In this document: positions 26,287-34,531 of the stretch, in pieces
Layout of the letters: each line of letters starts with the position of its first letter
Numbering within the stretch: the first letter of the stretch is position 1
Source: Spirulina sp.
Lineage (GTDB): Bacteria; Cyanobacteriota; Cyanobacteriia; Phormidesmidales; Phormidesmidaceae
Reading direction: 5' to 3'
DNA: 64,000 nt
Assembly: GCA_044070495.1 (NCBI GenBank)
Contig: JBIPSI010000003.1
Span: forward strand, 96,001 to 160,000
Program-made: the position numbers and the translations under genes
The notes under the pieces: model-generated
What the model was told of the DNA's origin: nothing
The model's input: only the letters and a program-made list of their open reading frames with translations
The model's database searches: none

Positions 26287-27669
26287 ATGCTGATCTACCC
26301 CCAGGCCATTATGGCGACCCAGGCTGCTGCTTTCGGAACAGACTATCCGGCCCTGAACTCTGCCAACGCGATGGCGGCAAGCTGCACCTGGTTGGCCATG
26401 CCGTCTCTATTCACGAAGGACTCACACCAGCAAGAACCAACCCTGTTTGGCGGAGCCACCATCGACAGCAGCGGTCTTCAGGTACCTAACAATGGTAGTG
26501 CCGGGGCAGCTTGGCCCAGCCCTAGCAACTTTGAGCGGATCAATCAATCGGGGCAGTTCTCCATCGCGTGGTTTGGCCGCCCCCTGTCCTACGCGACCGA
26601 CGGAATGTTCTTGAACGCTCCGCTGACGAGCACGACGACGATTTCTTTTACTCGCCTCGCTAGGGCTGGGAATACCGCCTACGGCCATACTCGCTGGCTC
26701 AATGCCGCTAATCATGTCTTCGCCGACCTCTATAACAGCGGCCAGGGCGATCACATCTTTGCCAATGCTACACAGCAGTATGTGTTGACCTTCAACGGCA
26801 GCACCGTTTGCCTCTATCGAAACGGTGCTTTGGCCTTCCAAGGCAACTTTTCGCCGGGGGTGGCCTCCAGTGATACGTCCGTTCGTCACATCACCCTTTG
26901 TAATCGTTCCCCAGATGACCTGCGAAACGGTATCCAGGCCGCCGATGTATCCCTCGCTGCTCTCTTTGACCGTGCCCTATCTCTGACCGAGGTGCAGTCG
27001 TTGGGGAGCAACCCTGGCCAGCTTATCCTCTCGAATGCGCCACCCTCCTACGATTACCCAGCAATTTCAGGGGCGCACAGCATTGGCCAGGACGTGGTCT
27101 GGGCACTCGATGCCACACGGTTTGAGAAAGATTCAACGGAGGCAGAACCCCTCCTTAACGGTGCGGCTAGCTTCACGACAGCAGGCTTGACCATGGCCAA
27201 CACCTGGAGCGACTGGGCGCAGTTCCAGATCGATTATGTTCCGGTTCGCAATGCGGGACAGTGTACGGTATGGCTCGATGCGAACATTACAAGCTGGGAA
27301 TCCTGGGGAGACCTAATGTTTGAGTCTCCCGATATTGGCGGCTGGCGAATCTTTCGGGATGCGAGTACAGCAGATATTGTCTTCCGCTGGCCGAGCAGTA
27401 AAAGCGCTAGGTTCTCAAACCAAGTGATGACGACATCCCAAGCCTTGGCCATTACCCACGATGGTGGCACCGTGCGCCTCTACCGAAATGGGGTGCTAGT
27501 CGCCACGACCTCCGGCCAGTCCATCGGAACAGGCGAGTATGGCGCAAATCGGTTTGGCTATGGCGTGAATATGGTGCTGCGGCGGGCCTTTGTCGCGAAG
27601 CGTTCACTGTCGGCCAGCGAAATATCGAGTCTCTATAGCAACTGGAGTCAGTTTCTCCTCAACCCGTAA
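26287..27669 (+). CDS. Tandem LamG/ConA-like domain protein, putative receptor-binding protein
   Basis: Two internal repeats starting DYPALNSANAM / DYPAISGAHSI, each with LT(F/H)xGxTVxLYRNG and RxLSxxE(V/I)xSL. Confidence 0.75.
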   Translation: MLIYPQAIMATQAAAFGTDYPALNSANAMAASCTWLAMPSLFTKDSHQQEPTLFGGATIDSSGLQVPNNGSAGAAWPSPSNFERINQSGQFSIAWFGRPLSYATDGMFLNAPLTSTTTISFTRLARAGNTAYGHTRWLNAANHVFADLYNSGQGDHIFANATQQYVLTFNGSTVCLYRNGALAFQGNFSPGVASSDTSVRHITLCNRSPDDLRNGIQAADVSLAALFDRALSLTEVQSLGSNPGQLILSNAPPSYDYPAISGAHSIGQDVVWALDATRFEKDSTEAEPLLNGAASFTTAGLTMANTWSDWAQFQIDYVPVRNAGQCTVWLDANITSWESWGDLMFESPDIGGWRIFRDASTADIVFRWPSSKSARFSNQVMTTSQALAITHDGGTVRLYRNGVLVATTSGQSIGTGEYGANRFGYGVNMVLRRAFVAKRSLSASEISSLYSNWSQFLLNP

Positions 27670-27764
27670 AGGTCATAGCAACAGCAGGATGACTAACCCT
27701 TGAAAGATCGTCCAGCCAACAACGGCGATCACGTTGCTGTGTTCAAGGTCTTGTGGTGGCATCC

Positions 27765-28946
27765 CTAAAGTCCTGCATTGTATTTGGCCAAGATGGAGCG
27801 GGTATAGGCATCGATGCTCGGATACTCCCGCCCGCCGTAAAATTGTCGCCCTGTGTTGTTGTAGAGGTGGGGACGGCCACTATACCAACGACTCGCCACG
27901 CGCCGAATGGCGGTGTCCTGGTCATGGCCCTGGGCTAGTTCCTCCGCCAGGTAAAGGCCTAATCGGTGGTTGATGATAGCGATTTGGATGGCAGGGCTAT
28001 TGAGGAACTCCCCCCGGCTCACCTCGCGACCTAGGGCGGCACGACTCCAAGCAGGTAGGTTATTGGGCATCACCTGACCATAGCCCAGCGCACCGGAGTC
28101 GGGATTGACGGCACGAAAATTGCCGCTAGATTCATGACCAATGATGACTCGGCGCAGGCGGTCAAGGGATACGCCCCCCTGGGTAGATCCGCCCCCGCCG
28201 GAGCCATAGGCCGTCGGACGCAGGGCGGAATGAAAGTTCGACCGTCCGTTTCCGTTGAAGTCGGTGTGGATGGAGCGCTGCCGCACTGGCGCGGATCGGG
28301 TGCTGCGATCCACCATCTGCCCCTGCCCAATATAGACACCGACATGGGTTACTTTTCGTCGTCCATCAGCCCCCGGCAACACCCGTCCACCACCGTTGTA
28401 GGTTTCGTGGAACATGACGATATCTCCGGGCTGAAGCTGGGTCGGGTCTAGAATGATCTGCCCTAGTTCTGGCCCAAAGAATGAATCCGCCATCAGTGGC
28501 CCTGCGCTACCCTTTGCCGTCGGAATGGCTATCCCAGCCTCTTGTAGGACGACTCTTACAAAGTCGGCACAGCGCTCGGTTTGCCTAGGCTTAAAGTCTC
28601 GTCCCACCCATGCTGTCGCCTTGGTGGCCACCGTCTGGCCTAGGGCCGACCCGCCAGAGGGGGCAACCGCATTGACGGAAGGATTTGCCTGTCCTAGCCC
28701 TAGCCATTGCCCAGCCCGACTCTGGCTAATCTGGGCACCCAAGGCCTGAACCGCCATGACCAGGGCACACAGGCCGATGATGGCCCAGATAATGCCCAGT
28801 TCAATGACATCGCTGGAGGTACCCGCTGCATTGGCGGTTTCTTCATTGTTATCCCGATTTTTCTGGGCGACCCGCAGAAGCTGCTCTAGCAGTTCCACCT
28901 GTCGCTTCTGGATGGCATGGATATCATCGGTAGCGGGGGCGGTCAC
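27765..28946 (-). CDS. Membrane-anchored bifunctional peptidoglycan hydrolase (NlpC/P60 + lytic transglycosylase-like)
   Basis: TM helix LGIIWAIIGLCALVMAV; ERCADFV, LQPGDIVMF, THVGVYIG (NlpC/P60 Cys/His); GHESSGNFRAVNPDSGALGYGQVMP (SLT-like Glu). Likely GTG start 28946 (GTGA overlap). Confidence 0.85.
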   Translation of the reverse strand: MTAPATDDIHAIQKRQVELLEQLLRVAQKNRDNNEETANAAGTSSDVIELGIIWAIIGLCALVMAVQALGAQISQSRAGQWLGLGQANPSVNAVAPSGGSALGQTVATKATAWVGRDFKPRQTERCADFVRVVLQEAGIAIPTAKGSAGPLMADSFFGPELGQIILDPTQLQPGDIVMFHETYNGGGRVLPGADGRRKVTHVGVYIGQGQMVDRSTRSAPVRQRSIHTDFNGNGRSNFHSALRPTAYGSGGGGSTQGGVSLDRLRRVIIGHESSGNFRAVNPDSGALGYGQVMPNNLPAWSRAALGREVSRGEFLNSPAIQIAIINHRLGLYLAEELAQGHDQDTAIRRVASRWYSGRPHLYNNTGRQFYGGREYPSIDAYTRSILAKYNAGL

Positions 28947-29158
28947 GGTGCATCGCTCCAAAATTCGTCAAAGCCATTGGCGACAGGATCTTCCTGGAAT
29001 GGGTCAACGGGGGGTGGAGGTGGCTCATCCCCGTTATTCTCCACATCTGGTTGGATGACCCCTTCGAGGTGGTGAGCAAACGGGATACGGTATTCGAGCA
29101 TCTTGAACAACATGGCGATGGTCAACAGCCACGCCAAGATCCGAAGCGGCTTGATCAT
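28943..29158 (-). CDS. Small membrane protein (71 aa)
   Basis: N-terminal hydrophobic helix, Pro/acidic tail; 4-bp overlaps with both neighbours. Confidence 0.65.
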   Translation of the reverse strand: MIKPLRILAWLLTIAMLFKMLEYRIPFAHHLEGVIQPDVENNGDEPPPPPVDPFQEDPVANGFDEFWSDAP

Positions 29159-29382
29159 TCCGGCTGGCCCCCCTGGATACGGCAGTTTTCGCCATTCTTG
29201 TTACACATCAGCGCCTCAGCCTCTCCGGCCTGCTGTAGTGCCCCGTTCCACATCCCGGCAAACACCAGACTGGCTGGCTGGATAGCATCTACCACGGCGA
29301 AAAAAATGGGACTCAAAACCCCGGCGCTACCCAGGGATACCACGACGACAAGGACGGTCATGTGGCCAACTACCTTAAACAT
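29155..29382 (-). CDS. Small membrane protein (75 aa)
   Basis: Start ATG 29382 overlapping the ATPase stop; MFKVVGHMTVLVVVVSLGSAGVLSPIFFAVV... Confidence 0.65.
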   Translation of the reverse strand: MFKVVGHMTVLVVVVSLGSAGVLSPIFFAVVDAIQPASLVFAGMWNGALQQAGEAEALMCNKNGENCRIQGGQPE

Positions 29383-30631
29383 TGAAGCGATCTCCGTATT
29401 CACTGAACAACACTCGTACCCGTTCGTCCCGGTAGTTCCCGGTCTTCTTGTCGCGCCCCATGTGACCATGGAGCTTCAGCAGTTTGCACAGTCCGGTAAA
29501 ACTGGTCACGCTGCCGTCCTCTAGGGCCGCGTCTACCTTGGCCCGCACCTGGTCGATCCAAGGGGCATCATCAAACACCCAGTTCACTTGGCACTGGCTG
29601 CGGTCGGGCAATGTCTTGACCTGGGCGGTGGAGAAGGGCAGCTTTGAGAAGCTACCGGGCCGCACCACAGCGGTTGTAAATCGGGCGGTCGGCGAAGACG
29701 CAATCTGCGCCTTGAGGGTGGCAATCAGTTCTTTGCTATTGGCCTTGATGTCCTGGGGCCAGGACACCGTAGAGTCCCCCACTGTCATGCCCATAATCAC
29801 AGCGGTCATCGGCCACAGCACGGAGCTATCAATGCCGTTCTCGCCCTTCTTCGGGCTGTGCATTCCTAGGTAGATCCGCATCCCAAACTTGCGCCCACCC
29901 CGGACGATCTCGCCGATCCACTCCAGCGCTTGCTCCCGTCGATCCTTCGGGATACAGTCCTGAAACTCGTCGATGACGATTGCAGCGATGGTTTCGGTTT
30001 TCAAATTTCCGGCCATCCGCCGCTTAAACTCTTGATGAAAAGCCTTCAGCGCTGCAAAGGCATCCTCGCCACTTTTTCGGGCGGGCACCTGCTCCCTGGG
30101 GATACCGTTCAGCCAGGTATCGATAGGCTTTTCCTCGTCCGGGTCATAGTGGGGGTCACAGATAGCCCAGAGACAGTCCAGCCCGTGGGCTTTGACCAAC
30201 ATATCGACGTGATGCTTCAAATTGACGGACTTACTGGTGCCGGGTTCACCGATGTAAACGGTAGACCAAGACCAGAACTCGTTGGACACCCAGGACGCGG
30301 GGGCCAGATCTTCCAGCACCAATGTCCTCATCGGTCTCAGCCGTCGGGCGATTGCTGGCCCCAGGTCGGGGAAGTTGTCCACGTCATTCACGGCTATATC
30401 AAAGTCGTCCAAGACCTGCCCCATGGCAACAACAACTTCGGTAGCCGTTACCTGGTACTCCCGTCGGTAGTAGCGCGAGAGTAAGAGACTGGGCAGGCCC
30501 GTCATACCGCCGATGATGGCGACGGGAAGAGAATTCGCTACTAGACCCAGGACGCAATTCACCGTTCCGGCTAGGCCCAGGACGCCGCTCAACAGCACCA
30601 ACCGAGGCGCTGCATTCTGCTGCCGTTCCAT
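29375..30631 (-). CDS. Membrane-anchored FtsK/HerA/coupling-protein-like P-loop ATPase
   Basis: Two N-terminal TM segments; Walker A-like GEPGTSKS, ICDPH, Walker B IVIDEFQD, GRKFGMRIYL (arginine-finger region). Confidence 0.75.
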   Translation of the reverse strand: MERQQNAAPRLVLLSGVLGLAGTVNCVLGLVANSLPVAIIGGMTGLPSLLLSRYYRREYQVTATEVVVAMGQVLDDFDIAVNDVDNFPDLGPAIARRLRPMRTLVLEDLAPASWVSNEFWSWSTVYIGEPGTSKSVNLKHHVDMLVKAHGLDCLWAICDPHYDPDEEKPIDTWLNGIPREQVPARKSGEDAFAALKAFHQEFKRRMAGNLKTETIAAIVIDEFQDCIPKDRREQALEWIGEIVRGGRKFGMRIYLGMHSPKKGENGIDSSVLWPMTAVIMGMTVGDSTVSWPQDIKANSKELIATLKAQIASSPTARFTTAVVRPGSFSKLPFSTAQVKTLPDRSQCQVNWVFDDAPWIDQVRAKVDAALEDGSVTSFTGLCKLLKLHGHMGRDKKTGNYRDERVRVLFSEYGDRFNV

Positions 30632-31413
30632 TACTCCGTCCCTCCATAGAGAATCCGCTGTAGTCCACCGGGGCGGGCTGCTGCTGCTGGAGTTGAGACG
30701 GCAGGGGCCACAGGAACCGCAGGGGCCGGGTCGGTGGAACGGTCAGTTCCTTCCCAGATCCGCTGGGCCTCTGCCAACTGACCTGCCTCTAGCCGTTCGA
30801 GGTTGTCTCGGCGTAGCTCAACCCTAGCCGTCACCTCATTGAAGACCTGGGCCAAACGAGCTACGTCCCTGGCTACCGAGTCACTGCACAGGGGCAGTCC
30901 CTCACGGCTGTATAGCAGGTCGCCAAGGTAGAGCAAGGCTTGGGTGTCCAGAATGATGGCCCGCGCCTTGCCAATGCTTTCCGCATCTCCCTGGATGGAT
31001 GCGGAGGTGGTCTGGTTCCACTGATTGACACGCTTTAGATGAGCGGCCATCTCAAGCTGAAAGACCTCTTCCATGGGCTGGCTGGTCTGCCGCGCCCAGG
31101 AGTGCAGCTTGGCACTTAGCTCCTGCGCCCTGGCGCAAAGGAGAGCCTCGTTGAGCGCTGACCAATCGTCGTAGGCCACGCGCACAGCCTGATGTGCCAC
31201 TAACAGATCGCTTTGGTAGATGAAGGCTTCCTCGGCCTGAGCAATGGCTTCTCGTTCCGCATCCCGTTCTGCCTGTACCGCATCAACGGCGGTACGAACC
31301 GCTGTCAGGGGCAGAGATATGGTGGGATTTCGATAGCTGATGACAGCGCGGATAACCCCAGCACTGATGATCGTTCCACCCACAATAATCAAGGCCCAAT
31401 ACGCTCGTTTCAT
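30631..31413 (-). CDS. Hypothetical bitopic coiled-coil protein (260 aa)
   Basis: N-terminal TM, helical A/E/Q-rich body; TAATG overlap with the ATPase. Confidence 0.7.
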   Translation of the reverse strand: MKRAYWALIIVGGTIISAGVIRAVISYRNPTISLPLTAVRTAVDAVQAERDAEREAIAQAEEAFIYQSDLLVAHQAVRVAYDDWSALNEALLCARAQELSAKLHSWARQTSQPMEEVFQLEMAAHLKRVNQWNQTTSASIQGDAESIGKARAIILDTQALLYLGDLLYSREGLPLCSDSVARDVARLAQVFNEVTARVELRRDNLERLEAGQLAEAQRIWEGTDRSTDPAPAVPVAPAVSTPAAAARPGGLQRILYGGTE

Positions 31414-31415
31414 CG

Positions 31416-31751
31416 CTACTGTCCCTCTCTCAAATCTTGCAAAACATAGGCAATCGCCGCTCGTTGGTCATCGGACAGATCCCGTCGTCCGGTCTGTCGG
31501 TAAAGAAATAGGGCCACCTCCGCGTTGATCCATCCCTGCAATTGGGTTCCAACCCAGCGCCATAGGATCAACCAAGCCACCAGGCAACCCGTGATCGCGA
31601 TCAGGCTCCCGGCCTGATAAACATCCAGCAAGTCAAACTGTCGCCCTAGGTAGTAAGCGATCACGATTCGCCGAACGATGGTGCTGGTGACGATGCCACC
31701 CAAGAACACCGTGAGCGCAGTAACCCAGAACAACCTGCTGATTCGTCTCAT
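31416..31751 (-). CDS. Hypothetical 2-TM membrane protein (111 aa)
   Basis: Two hydrophobic helices; 2-9 bp gaps to neighbours. Confidence 0.7.
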   Translation of the reverse strand: MRRISRLFWVTALTVFLGGIVTSTIVRRIVIAYYLGRQFDLLDVYQAGSLIAITGCLVAWLILWRWVGTQLQGWINAEVALFLYRQTGRRDLSDDQRAAIAYVLQDLREGQ

Positions 31752-31760
31752 CCGACTACC

Positions 31761-32132
31761 TCACAGCACTGACAAGTCAACTTCGATGGCTCCCCCACCG
31801 GGGGCGGGTGCTGGGGGAGGGCCGGGGCTGGGGGTGTCGCTTTTGCTGGGCACGGGCGGAGCCTCTCCCGCCTCCAATGCCGCAATCAAGGACTGTACTT
31901 GGTCGGCATACTTGGCGATCAGCGCGGCTTGCCGATTATTCAAAGCTGGATGGTGCTGGGCCTGCTCGGCGTAGACCGTCAGGACGTGGGGCAGCAGGGT
32001 ACAAAGGCTTTTCGCGTAAGGGTGATACTCGATCATTGCTTTATAGATTTCGAGTGCCCTGGCCTGCTCCGGGTTATCCAGGTTGAAGCGTAGAGTCTCT
32101 TGATGGACATTGCCGCCATTACGAGGGGCCAT
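31761..32132 (-). CDS. Putative ParR-like adaptor/DNA-binding protein
   Basis: 123 aa, 8 bp downstream of parM; ETLRFNLDNPEQARALEI beta-helix start and a disordered Pro-rich tail. Assigned mainly by position. Confidence 0.5.
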   Translation of the reverse strand: MAPRNGGNVHQETLRFNLDNPEQARALEIYKAMIEYHPYAKSLCTLLPHVLTVYAEQAQHHPALNNRQAALIAKYADQVQSLIAALEAGEAPPVPSKSDTPSPGPPPAPAPGGGAIEVDLSVL

Positions 32133-32140
32133 GGCACCCC

Positions 32141-33220
32141 CTAACCCATCTGGGCCATCAGGACAGCATTGATCAACTGTGGCTCAATTCCAGGAAGCCG
32201 GACAACTTGAAACCTACCGCCCGTCGCCTTCTCCAGCGGAGCCAATAGGCCACTCGCCCCACCAACGATATAGACCATACCGAGCTGCCCCCAGACCGAG
32301 GCCCAGTTATCCTGCGTGAGCTGGTGCAGCAGATCCCGATTCCACTGCCGTACCACCTCTTCAACCAGTCCCGTGAAGTCATGGGCTTCGCCCGATTGCT
32401 CGTAGATGTAGCGCCGATCCTCCGGCGCATTGCCTCCCTGGACACGAATAATGTCCAAGATGCTGGCCCGGTCAGGCGTATGGCCCCGAACCCGGTGGGC
32501 AAACCCAGACGCAATCGCCCCCGCTAGTTCCTTCATAGCGGGGGCGACAAAGGACACCTGCCCCGACTTTCCGGCACTGCGAATGATGGTGCCCGACTTA
32601 GACCATACCGAGCAGGTCAGGTCGCCCGTCCCGGCATCGATCACCCCGGTCAGGGGATAGCCGCTCAGCGATTGGGGCACCTGTCCCGTTTCCATCGCCC
32701 AACTCCACACCGGGTATCCCTCCGTAACCAGTTCCACACTGGCCGTTGGCTGAAAGCGCTCGAAGCCACGCTGAAACAGTCGGGCATGGAAATCGGCAAC
32801 GGCGTTGCCAATTTGACTCGCCACCTCCTGCCACTGCACTTTGCTGGAGTCGGGCACCAGCAGACGAACCGTAACGGCCCCCGACCGCACCCCGGCCAGC
32901 GCTAGTGCCGCCGCCACCGCAATCGGAGTGTGTTCTACCTTGCCTGCCTCAAATAGTGATCTCCCGCCCAAATCACGGGCCAAATTACCAAACGCATAGG
33001 TCTCTCCCTGGAGGGTCACTAAGACCGACTCTGCATCAGGTCGAGCATCAGCAACCTCTAGCTCACTCAGCCGTTTCACAGACGCGATAAAGGAGACCTG
33101 CCCACCAGCCGTCGCCATCTTGAAATAGCCATTGCCAGCATCAACGCAGACCACCTCCGGCAACCGTACATCGCACTTTCGCTTTGCCCCCGCACTTGCT
33201 ACCACAATCCACCTCCCCAT
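32141..33220 (-). CDS. parM: ParM/StbA-family actin-like ATPase
   Basis: Phosphate-1 VDAGNGYFK, EG connect, phosphate-2 IDAGTGDLT, adenosine IVGGAS, PQLINA. Confidence 0.85.
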   Translation of the reverse strand: MGRWIVVASAGAKRKCDVRLPEVVCVDAGNGYFKMATAGGQVSFIASVKRLSELEVADARPDAESVLVTLQGETYAFGNLARDLGGRSLFEAGKVEHTPIAVAAALALAGVRSGAVTVRLLVPDSSKVQWQEVASQIGNAVADFHARLFQRGFERFQPTASVELVTEGYPVWSWAMETGQVPQSLSGYPLTGVIDAGTGDLTCSVWSKSGTIIRSAGKSGQVSFVAPAMKELAGAIASGFAHRVRGHTPDRASILDIIRVQGGNAPEDRRYIYEQSGEAHDFTGLVEEVVRQWNRDLLHQLTQDNWASVWGQLGMVYIVGGASGLLAPLEKATGGRFQVVRLPGIEPQLINAVLMAQMG

Positions 33221-33500
33221 TCAGATTGAGTCAAATCTGAGGCAGTTCGCCTCAAGTGCGACTAAACTAACACGATTAAATATAGTTGTCACGCATCAGG
33301 AATACGAATAACTGATGGTGATGATGAATTTGCTGAATGCAGCACTGGAACGGCCTACTGAGCCGTAAACTGCTGACTCGATCCGAGGTAAATCCGACGC
33401 ATAAAGCCAATGATTCGCTCGAAGTTGATCAACTTTGAGGCAGGTTGACTCTGGCCACAGCAATTCCCTCTATCTGCCTGCAATCTGCCTCGCTGTAGAG

Positions 33501-34070
33501 TCACTTTGCCTCAGGATGCGGGGACTTACCGCTGAGAATCTTAAAGTTCGGGTCGCCTACCACCAGTCCACAGGTTGCCATCGCGGAGATGGCTTCTCTG
33601 GCCCAGTCGATTTGCTGGGAGGGGCGGAGGGTCAGTGGTTGCGCCAGACCGTACAGAATCTTTTTGACGTTGAGATCGCGACGGGGCTGAAGTCCTTGGA
33701 GGTCTGCGGTAGCCACAAACAGCACATCATAGGAGTACAGCCCGTCAGCATCAGGCCAGTGACTCGCTAGGGCAATCGTAATTTGGTGGGTATGCCGATT
33801 ACCCTGGTTTGCCATCCCATCTAAGTGATCAATCAGGACATGGCAATCGGGTGCAGTGCAGGCTCCTGTTCTGATCGGCATCCAGATGGCCGTCCCTACA
33901 TCCCTAGGGCAGTGTTCAGGATTGCGACGAACGGATAGCAAAAGACCTGCTCCAGGGACGTGGTGGGCGGTGATTAACTCGTAGGGTCGTCGAGAAACTT
34001 TACCCTCACGCCACCAGACCAGCGCGTTCAGCCACTCTGCGATCGCCGTTAGGATTCTGTTAAGACGCAT
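33501..34070 (-). CDS. Hypothetical protein (189 aa)
   Basis: Longest ORF in the interval, ATG start; no recognisable motif. Confidence 0.55.
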   Translation of the reverse strand: MRLNRILTAIAEWLNALVWWREGKVSRRPYELITAHHVPGAGLLLSVRRNPEHCPRDVGTAIWMPIRTGACTAPDCHVLIDHLDGMANQGNRHTHQITIALASHWPDADGLYSYDVLFVATADLQGLQPRRDLNVKKILYGLAQPLTLRPSQQIDWAREAISAMATCGLVVGDPNFKILSGKSPHPEAK

Positions 34071-34171
34071 GTATTGTTATCCCGGACTAGGGATACTGTA
34101 TTTTACAGGCGTACTTCGGGACGGAATTTATTGGAACCCTGGAGCCAGAGGCAAGGCAGCGAGGTAGCACG

Positions 34172-34531
34172 GTGGCAGATGAGCAGAGCCTACAAGAGCA
34201 GATCGAGGTCTTGCATCAAGAGATCATCGTTCTTCGAGATCGGTTGGAGGATCTGGAGCACGGCGTTAAGTCAATTCCGTTCATTATTCCAACTCGGAAA
34301 AGAACTAAGGTCTGGGCCTTTTTGGCTTCAGTGCTAACTACGGCGGCGCTGGTTTTTGCCCTTTCTCCGCACCAGATTCAGGTTGGGAACTGGAGGTATG
34401 ACTCACCGGGCATCAAGCTCGATGTAATCACCAGCGTGGCCGCACTGATCGGTGTATGGGCAACGATTCGGGAACACTTGAGGGATAAGCATGACTATCG
34501 AACCCACGGCGGCGGCTCCAAGCATGGCTGA
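34172..34531 (+). CDS. Small 2-TM membrane protein with N-terminal coiled coil (119 aa)
   Basis: RBS GAGG, GTG start; ATGGCTGA overlap with the downstream GGDEF-EAL gene. Confidence 0.65.
   Translation: MADEQSLQEQIEVLHQEIIVLRDRLEDLEHGVKSIPFIIPTRKRTKVWAFLASVLTTAALVFALSPHQIQVGNWRYDSPGIKLDVITSVAALIGVWATIREHLRDKHDYRTHGGGSKHG

Noticed and set aside
9474..27669. Canonical eCIS (Afp/PVC) or T6SS
   Set aside because: Gene set and order are P2-like with a long TP901-type tape measure; no Afp15 AAA ATPase, tube, sheath or Tss membrane complex recognised.
19941..27669. Diversity-generating retroelement or invertible fibre cassette
   Set aside because: No reverse transcriptase or invertase, and no near-identical nucleotide repeat pair seen; the paralogues are diverged at DNA level.
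27765..29382. Holin-endolysin lysis cassette
   Set aside because: Opposite strand to the tail genes and coupled to the ParM/ATPase operon; not excluded, but not the better reading.
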